Shown here piece by piece: positions 24,171-33,000 of a DNA stretch of 33,000 bases (position 1 is its first letter; each line of letters starts with the position of its first letter). This DNA comes from Iphione sp. A-MEVVRFRX5. Taxonomy: Eukaryota. The stretch spans positions 88,815,001 through 88,848,000 of the forward strand of contig OZ320316.1 of NCBI GenBank assembly GCA_976226885.1, read 5' to 3'. The notes under the pieces are model-generated. The model was given only the letters and a program-made list of their open reading frames with translations. It ran no database searches and was not told the DNA's origin. Both the position numbers and the translations under genes were made by a program.

Positions 24171-27100
24171 CGATACCGCCTTAATTGATTCTGCCGAGTC
24201 CTTTGAAGTCAGTACTTGAATGCATCAGAGACAGACGATGCCGACGACGAGAACAGGATGCAGTTCTTAAAGGTTTTCAGATCTCAAACGTGTGCCTTGT
24301 TCTGAAAGTCTCTTTCAAACCGAATCGTCCACACTCTGTGCATCTGTGGACGTGATAAATGGTTCTCTGCCCCCTCCCCCCCTCTCCACTGTCCATTGAC
24401 ACCACAGTGCGAGCTCCTTTATCATGGTGATAGGTCATATACCCTATTCGTTTTAATTCGCCGTTCCATCGAGGAAGGGTCCCTTCTCGAGCGGTACAGT
24501 GGCGGTGTGGCCTCTCGCCCCGGGCAACGTCCATCGCCAGGTCTACTTCAATCAGCGCCTTTAAGTTCAACAATAGCTCGTCTAATTTGTACCAGGTTGA
24601 TGGATGAAAGTACCACCCACTTTTGATGTAGCACAGAGCACACTTTTTATTTTTTTTCCCCGATAAACGGTCGTGGAATGTGTCACATGACTGGGATTAA
24701 AACCCAACTCGGCGATCTAGGCACTACATCCGTGTTACTTTGTTCGAAGGATAAAAATGAATATAAACCATCTGTAGCGAAGGCATACCATTGTTTCACT
24801 CCAACGGACAACCGGGACGCAAGGGTATACAAACTAGACAAAAATTAATGCTTTCAGTGACGCGAGGCACGTGCTCCACGTAGACTGAGAACAAAAAATA
24901 ATATACTATTGTGGTGTCAAATAGATCTAACCCATGCAGAGTGCGTTTGTTACCAGGGCAGTTTTACCGCTCAAATACACACGCTTGCGAATTCATTTCC
25001 TCTGAGAAATACGTTAATCGGTGAATAAAACATAAGTCGGGTGAGATCGTTTGCGATTCTCTTGTTGTAGATGAATTTCGTGCATGCGTGTATTTGACAT
25101 ATTTCACCCCTGGTGGGTACTTAAGGTTTTACTACATGTATATGAAAGACGTCGGCAGAACAGAGTCTATTTTTTTGTCAAAGGTGATACTAGTAAGACA
25201 TCAGCAGGAAATAATACTAAGCCATCAATAAAAATCTACCGGCATATCACTTCGCATGTCTCATACAACGATTCTGCTGAGATATGTTTTCCTATCATTC
25301 ATGTAATATTATCACTGCTCCACGACATATTCATCGAGCGGAAAGTCTAGTCTTAGTCAAACGTAAAAGGTTCGGTTCCTTTTGTCACATACGATTTTAA
25401 GTGTCAGATCCTGTTTCGTCAGTGGAGCTGGATGTATTGTCCACAAGAGGTAAGACTGATTTAGCTATTCGTGGTTGGTTGTAAAATACGACCACCACGT
25501 GTAGTAGAGGGACACAAGGCAGACCTCCTGCGGTGTCAGAAATGTTTATGCCAGAAAGAGTTCTTAACAATAGGGAAATGTAAACCACATGGGATCTATT
25601 TAGGCACGACACTATGTACTTCAAGGCACGCTCCAGTCTCTATATCCTGGTGCAACGCGGGGAGAGACTGAGGCTTCCATTACAGGTTTTGAATTATGTT
25701 CCACAATGCTCCTTATATTCTTATTAAGAAAACATTGATAAATCAGTCTGGGTAATTTTTCTTTGATGCCAGTAATGATAGAGGAATGTCTATTTTAACC
25801 GGTGATCTGTGGATCAATCTTCCAAAAGAGACCTTTTACGAAAAAAAACCGGTTAAATTTTGAGGGATGGGACACCCCCTGTTGTCCCGCAATGTTACAA
25901 AGGAGAGGTGAAAGGTTGTGACAGCCTGCCCTACATAAACTGGTTCTTTGTTCGCAACCACAAACGCAACCTGTATCATCGTGAAGGGCGACAGGGTTAG
26001 GGGGCGTTCCTCTATCCAATCAAGTTGTGTTTTGGCCTGCTTCCGCTATCAGAACAGAAACTCCATCGACTTAAACAGTGAGAACTTATCACTGATCAGA
26101 CCAAAAAGGACTAGAAATTAACCATCGATACATGCTGCTCAATTTGAGCAAAAGAAAAAAATGAGGACTCTAATATATAGGTGTTTGAAAATAATGCTTA
26201 GCAGAGGTACGTCCACATACATGTATCACTAAAGCTGATTCCTCTAGATCGACCAAATAATGATCATACACTTATACACCAGGAAATATGCAGAATAGCA
26301 ATCTTTACATCTTCGGAGGTACATGTACATGTGAGGATACACACGCAAACAATGTCTTTTGCTCTAAGTTTTATGTTTCATTTATAATCTACCTCCGAGC
26401 ATCAATTATGTCGTCTGTGTCTAGCACAATTAAATATCATCCAACCGTCCTTTATTATGTACTGTAACCTCACAACATTTGCCTACCACAATGTCTACAT
26501 ATACAAACCAACAACTCTCCATTGTAAAGGACAAACCTATGCTTGGGCTAAGAGTTGTGGTTCAAATAATGATGGAAGGACTAATTTAAGCTGTTCACTG
26601 TACCTCAGTCACGGGGTACTTTTGATCTAGATGGATTTCGCACCGGTTCTCCCACTGGCTGTGAGACGTAGCAAGATATACCTCCATGTCTACTGGCTAG
26701 TCTTCATCTTTCTCTTTGTTGGCCGGATGTTTGAAACGTTCGTTTGCGAGTAGTACACATAACTACGGTTAGAAACGGCATTGAAAATATTTTTTTAGTT
26801 AATTGAGTCTGAAATCGAGGTCCATATACTTTCAGGTGGAGTCTGTGCGGAAACTCAACGCCGTTTACACACGATTTTTTCACGACAAAACCTCATTTTC
26901 CCAGGATAGTACCTTTCATTGGTCTTATTACCTAAACATGGCATATGTAAGAACATTACTTTATCAGTGTAGGTTTATAGATTACACGTTTTGTCAGAAA
27001 TGCTGAGTGTACTGTGGGTGCATTTCAACTCATGACTTCAATAATACATGTACATTGTTTATGGAAGATTCATTTCACAAGGGTCAAGCAGCAGCTGTAA

Positions 27101-27801
27101 CTCTCATATATTGCAAATATTTAATGTGGAAGCACATGTTTTCCAGACGTGTGAAAATGTTTACACATCTGCATGCATGGAAGAAGAGGTTGACGGCGAG
27201 CGTAGCTTACCATGACAACATCTTGGCATGAGTAGCCAGGAAAACTTCTGAGGATGGCGACATTCAAACTTTGATGATATAGCATACGGAAATCTCAGGA
27301 GGCATACTCCAGACTTACAAAGTGGTGTCAACTGAAGTAGCGCCACTGTTTTATTTTGAGCCAGCTCCAGCAGCCGTTTTCAAAATGGCCGTATAGTACA
27401 CTGTAAATGTTCGTATGGTTGCACAGGGATCAGATGGACCGATTCACATTGGAACTTTATTTGTAAAAAATAGAATTAGGTTTAACCGTGTCTGTGGGAC
27501 TTAACTTATGCATGGACATACCAATGTGGGTCTTATATGAAAGGCATTTTCCCCTTATATTTTAACACATCCTACTTATGATAATAATCATATGAAACCA
27601 TCATCTCATATATACCGTATTCACAGTTAGCACGTGCCTTTAACGTCTTTAATTTTTGCTATTTTGCATGTAATCATCACCCAAATGAGTACAACATATG
27701 GGGTTACAATATACGTTGGGTATTATACTGATATTTTAAAGAAATATTTTCATTTTAGACATATTCACCTAACATACAAATACGTCGTTTTTCTCTGATA
27801 T

Positions 27802-27937
27802 NNNNNNNNNNNNNNNNNNNNNNNNNNNNNNNNNNNNNNNNNNNNNNNNNNNNNNNNNNNNNNNNNNNNNNNNNNNNNNNNNNNNNNNNNNNNNNNNNNN
27901 NNNNNNNNNNNNNNNNNNNNNNNNNNNNNNNNNNNNN
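27802..27937. other. Assembly gap (136 N)
   Basis: Run of N. ORFs 27755-28015 and 27769-27999 span it and are artefacts. Confidence 1.
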
Positions 27938-29605
27938 ACCAGAATTTGAGCGGCGAATGGGCCGAATAATTGACCGTAATATACTGAACTGTGTTGCATG
28001 TTCGAATACTCTCATTTATTTCACAACAGCTGGGGTTGACGAACGGGGAGTGGTTGAAAGAGACAGAGTGAAACTACAGGTATATGAGCCATCCAAACGT
28101 GTTACCTAAACCCTAAAGCCTGTGATCATCAAGCTGTCGCAAACGCACCGTAAGGACCTGTCGTCTTTCTGCTGACGCTGTCAAAGGGAAAAAGGGCGAC
28201 CTTTGGTTCGGCCGCCGCGGGTGTTCTGGAGGTGAATCAGCTGCATGCCGGAGGCCTCGCGTTCTCTACCGCCCCTCCTTGGGACCGCCACGCCCCTTCT
28301 CCCCCCTCGAGGTTACCGTGTCTCACCCCTCTCAGCACCGCGCAACCGCTGTACGTTGGTCGACAATGGAGGAAGCCTCAATTATCGCCGCTGAAGAAGT
28401 TTATTGCTCGCCTTAATATGCAGTGTGAGCAGCGGGACAAATGAGCGCTGGGACCTTTATATGGCTGGCAACTGACGGCAGTTGTGTGCCCCAAACCACC
28501 ATTCACTAAAGATTTTCCCCTTTAGAGATGTATGTTGATTGGAGCTTACACTATCGGTACCTCACAATGACTGACCATAATGAATCGAGAAGCTACATGT
28601 AAGATATTTACTGTAAGAGTAGCAAACTGATAAATACATTTATGACTAAATCTGTAAGAATCTGAGCTTAATAATGGAAGTTCGCGATGTGATCTATAAA
28701 CACATATACTGTTACTCTTTCATGTTGACCGGTATCAGATACCCTGATGACGGCGGCATGAGAGGAGGGTGACCCATCATGAACTGCAGTGACCTGCGAC
28801 AGTCTTGCATGTTATCTTCCTATACAAACCTCAATGAATCGAGTTTCGACCTCCCCCTCCAAATCCTTTCTTTATTATTACAGGAGGGAATGCTCTATTG
28901 TATATACGTACACAGATTCTATCCATGCTTTCACACATGTGAGCTTTACATGTACATATATTTTATACATTTTATTCTGTGATCGTATATATACTCTGCA
29001 TTTATACACAGACAAAATGTAATAGAATCGCCCAACTATTCTAACCCTGCCATTCGTCTATATGCTGTAGTTAAATAATGATAATGAATAAAAAAAATCA
29101 GTTTGGCGACCCTTGTGTATCATTGTTTTATGTGCTGTCCTGCAATAATTGGATTCAAACCTAAAAAGGTTAAAGAAAAAACTATTACATCTGTCGTGGT
29201 AAACGCGATTTACAAGTTGGGTGTTTGTCACGAAAGAAGAAAATAACCACCAACCACATTTCAATGAAAGGAATATGCAAAACTGCTTGGCTTGACTTTC
29301 TTGTACATGTATAAAATACCTGTATGCCCTATCCTCAGGTAAGCGCTTAGAAGGGGGGAAACTAACTGATATGATGTAGAAACATTGTTGGAACTATTAT
29401 TTTTCCGTGGTGCTCTTCTCTGCAAGACGCACAGCGTGTGTACCGACCTATAAATAGCAATTAATTGCAACTATTATACAATTTGGTGACTTTGGAATTT
29501 CACTGGAATTTTAACCTCTACTCCCACAACTGACCGTACCGATGCAATTATCACTCAGCAAACGAAGCACGGGTCTTGAGGAAGACATGCCCAGCGAGGT
29601 CAAGC

Positions 29606-29624
29606 TAAGTTGCCTAGCAACTTA
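29606..29624. promoter_or_regulatory. Palindromic RFX X-box-like element
   Basis: TAAGTTGC-CTA-GCAACTTA (8-bp arms). The core GTTGCCTAGCAAC (29609-29621) fits the established X-box consensus GTNRCC(N0-3)RGYAAC. Function is inferred only. Confidence 0.4.
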
Positions 29625-31143
29625 ATAACAAGCTGGTATCACACTCCGCTGTTATTTGTATGCGTCCTCTCAAGGTGTCATTATCGTCCGAGGCCGGAGA
29701 TGTCTGGGATAGGCACCCAGCCGCCCCGATCTTGACACAGCCGCTATTAGCTGTGCCAGTAAATAGCCAAAAGGCTAGATCGCTATCCCATCTTGTTAAC
29801 ACCGCTAACCCCTCTGGGCTTACAGGCTGATACTGAAGTCTCTATTGAAATGTTGCTGAATCTTTGACAGAAATGCCCCTTTTCTGTTTTCATTTTTGAA
29901 CCGAAAAGATTTGTGCAATGTTTTTCGCTGACATAGCTTATCGGGTAAGATATTGTGTCAGGCCTAATAATAAAAGAAAAAAAAGGCTAAGCGAGAATAC
30001 TTACAGTTACTATTTGTAAGATGATAGGCAGGATCCATAAAACAAAGGAGGCTGATCCAGAAACCAATTATGAAGTTAACTTCGCGAAGGGCATTATGAA
30101 TGAGCGTAGGCTGGCTTCATAGGGAAAGACATCAGGACGCAAGTCACGGGAAGGCCGGGCAGGCAAGCCATGATAAGTCCCTTTCATGGTGACCATTCCC
30201 CAAAGTCGATTCATTATTTATGGCCATGAGCCTCTGAATGAACTCTTTCAAGCGTGTGAGCGTTAAAATGTTCAGGTACCTGCTGGCTATGGGGAAGAAC
30301 ACATGAATTGTAATATGAAGCTAATTTTGACCGCCCTCCATTATGAAATCGATGTCAATGTGAATCTCATGTTCGTGGATTTTCAAAGGATCAATTAGTG
30401 CAGGATGATGTCCACGATGCAGCAATTACCTCCTCAGTTTGGGTAAACTCGCACTTAAGAGAAGTGCTGTCCCTGAGGCCCGGCTTTTGTGCAGTGTGTG
30501 CTGACAAATGAAAAAGTTGGATCTCCTTTCGACTATGCCTATTTGCGTATATGCTGGCCACTGCTGGCAAAGAAGCATACTTTCTTAAACTGATAAGGAA
30601 GTCTGGCCTGCAACGGAAATTGCCTATAGTAAGCTGGGTCAAAGAATGTCCAGAGACTCGTTTGACAAAAGGTAGAATGAACATTTTGCATAGCATTCCA
30701 TAAAAATACTAAAATAAATTCATGTTTGACGACCCTCCATTAAACTCCATATGATAGACGTCTCCTTAAAATAATAAACCACTGGCTGAATACTACTGAA
30801 ATCAATTTCTGAGGTATCACCCTTCAGAACATTTGAAAAAGTAACACAGAGCAAAGTCCACTGATTTTATAACCACTCGTGTGTCATGTGACGAGGTGAA
30901 TGGATACGTTTGTGCAAAATAGACCAGAATTGCCTGATTTCATGACAATGGCATATATATTTTTGTGAAACAGTTTTGAACTCGCCGATTTAAGAACTTT
31001 GAATACAGGGCGCACCCACACAGCTGCTATCATGGTCTCACAGGGATAGCATTTCAAATTGGAAACGGGAGAATTCAGTGGCAAAATAACTTGCTGACAT
31101 GATATTAAACAACTAAATAGGGAGTAGATGGCGTCATGGACAA

Positions 31144-32105
31144 GTAATTGTAGTTGTCTTTATTAACCAGTCTCATACAATGTAGAGCTATTCGTGGCTA
31201 ATACAGTATGAACTAGTTACACGCTAGAAAGCACAAATTATGTACAATATTAGGGTTAAGTTAAAGGTGATGCTGTATACATTTTTTAGTACAATAAACA
31301 GTCAAGTAGCGGCGGTTGCATACTCAATTAAAAGAACCTGTGGTTCTCATTTTCTGGACATCGTGAAGTGATCAATAAGCTAGTGATAGACCTCGATGGG
31401 CCAAACCTCAGCATGACTTTGCTATTGGATTACTTCAATTTACAAACGGCAAAGTCTCTTGTAAGGCGTGCAAGTCCTACAAGTGTCAGTCTTGCTGGAA
31501 TAAACTCGATGCACGACCATAGCGCACACCATACAGTCTATCAATGTTACTTTAAGTAACTGGTTCACCCTGATCCTACAATCAGTAGCTTCAGCATGGA
31601 TGTTAAACTCTCAAAGAGAAAAAAATGTTACAGGTGGTATATGCCACCCACGCTGTACATAAGAACTTGAGCGTGAGTAACTGGAATAAATATAAATATG
31701 TAAACCTAGTTGCATTGTGATTACGCAGTAACAAATGAGGTAATGGGATGCTGCGGCGCCATAAGAAAAATGCCAAACACCTGTAGGTGAGCGACTTGTA
31801 TACTTGTCGTTTTGGTTGGACGGAGAAAAGGTGGATGGTGTATAATAATTACCAGTTGTTGGGACGGAATATTTGAGGCTTATGTCTGTTGGATGGTGAA
31901 GAGTAGGTGAAGGAAAGGGGTTGATGAGTGAGAAGAATTTTATTGACGTGGGAGGCGGGGTAGATAAGCTGTCATTCTTATCTGGAGCGTGTTCAGTTGG
32001 CCTGTTGGGAATGTTGGAGTAATTGTTAGGTAAGGGCAACTGTGAGGGAGGGGCAGGGTGGGACAGTGGCATATTCGGTGCTACTTGGCTGCAGTGGTGC
32101 AGGAG
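31144..32105 (-). mobile_element. Putative 3' UTR and tail of the adjacent LINE
   Basis: Directly follows the end of ORF2-like homology. The proximal part is C-rich on the minus strand. Distally the minus strand reads gccacgaatagc...ggttAATAAAgacaactacaattac (AATAAA at 31164-31159), then a short CAA/TAC-like repetitive tail, resembling CR1/L2-group 3' ends. The distal boundary is inferred. Confidence 0.35.
32046..32062 (+). other. Canonical G-quadruplex motif
   Basis: GGG-A-GGGG-CA-GGG-T-GGG: four G-runs with 1-2 nt loops, antisense to the LINE. Folding is not demonstrated. Confidence 0.55.
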
Positions 32106-33000
32106 CCACTGACATGCACCAAAGTTGAGACTTGATGCAAATGCAGAGGTGCATGGTTTAGGAATCGTAGCCCTCCAACAGTTTCCTCTTCTGGTGACAG
32201 ATTTTTCTGAGTCCGGAAGTAGCCCAAGATGGATCAGTCTATGTACGATGTTGACAGACTAATGCTTGATCATTTCCTCAACTCTGTGTAAGTACTTAGC
32301 CTGGAGTTGTCTTGCTAAAAGATACGGTCCACACTGGATGGCTACCTTGGTGCATCTGTTCAGGTGTAGTTGAAGTCTGCCCTGAAGTGCTGGGGACAGA
32401 TCATGCAGCGCAAACGCATGGTAGTTTACGTGAGATGTCATTAATGCTCTGAATAGTAGCAGATGCGCTCTGAGGGGCAAATGCCTCTTAGCCCTGCTTA
32501 GCTTGGCCGATGCTACATCATTTGTTTCAGCACCCTCAGGTTTGTATCTCATCTGCAATTTGGAGCAAGTAGCCTAGTATAGTCGAAACATCGTCATGAT
32601 GCAATTTCTAATTACCTAGCTGCAGGTCTAAGGGGATACTGCCTGTATGGCCTAATGCCATGTGCGAGCACTTGCTTGAACTCAGGACAAAGCCTTCTGC
32701 TGTACACTAATTTCATATGGCATCCAGGACATGCTGAGAGTTGAAGCATAAATGAAGGAGGCCTCTTGCGGATACCAAGATTGTTAAATCGTCGGAGTAC
32801 ATGATGCACCGTGTCACCTTTGGCAGACAGCTTCTCAAACTGTTCGTCACTAGCAAGAAAGCAGCAGGGCCAAAAATTGACCCTTCTGGAACACCCTGGC
32901 AGAGGATGAGACTTGACGAGTCATTGTCTGTACATCTCACGTATTGAGATCTGCCTTCAAGGTAGCTCGCAACCATCCTGCAGATCTTGGTACTCGCTCC
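32106..33000 (-). mobile_element. Decayed non-LTR retrotransposon (LINE, CR1/L2-like group): ORF2 reverse-transcriptase C-terminal half, truncated by the window end
   Basis: Translation from 33000 gives SYLEGRSQYV (cf. SYLxxRxQxV), GVPEGSIFGP (cf. GVPQGSILGP) and YSDDL (cf. catalytic YADD). It continues LDAI*N*CTAEGFVLSSSKCSHM (cf. IxxWCxxNxLxLNxxKC) and LQLGN*KL...ILG. After a frameshift near 32560 come KLSRAKRHLPLRAHLLLFRALMTSHVNY and TRRGNCWRATIPKPCTSAFASSLNFGACQW, resembling the post-RT region of CR1/L2-type ORF2. Stops at 32713, 32707, 32608 and 32259 indicate an inactive copy. Confidence 0.9.

Noticed and set aside
24691-24705. Minus-strand B-box-like GGGTTTTAATCCCAG
   Set aside because: The core TTCRA is degenerate and there is no A box at suitable spacing.
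27755-28015. ORFs across the N run
   Set aside because: Artefacts of translating an assembly gap.
30488-30511. CAVCADK resembling a nuclear-receptor zinc-finger start
   Set aside because: Immediately followed by a stop, with no HYG or second CxxC motif.

Overview
This is gene-poor eukaryotic DNA. By eye it is about 40% GC, with microsatellites, a 136-N assembly gap and frequent TACATGTA octamers. That composition fits a marine invertebrate such as amphioxus, but this is inference only. There is no prokaryotic operon, CRISPR array, rRNA, tRNA or recognisable complete protein-coding gene. The only feature with clear protein homology is a decayed non-LTR retrotransposon (LINE, CR1/L2-like group) on the minus strand at about 32.1-33.0 kb. 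It carries reverse-transcriptase motifs, at least four in-frame stops and a frameshift, is cut off by the window end, and may have a 3' UTR running to about 31.14 kb. The rest looks intergenic or intronic. It contains a 36-bp minisatellite, a degenerate 51-bp tandem repeat, a two-copy dispersed repeat of about 150 bp, several palindromes (including a GGACTAGTCA motif family at 3.0-5.3 kb), and GC/CpG-richer non-coding patches that may be cis-regulatory. Nearly all listed ORFs look like chance ORFs. I cannot support a novel biological system from this sequence; the findings below are modest leads.
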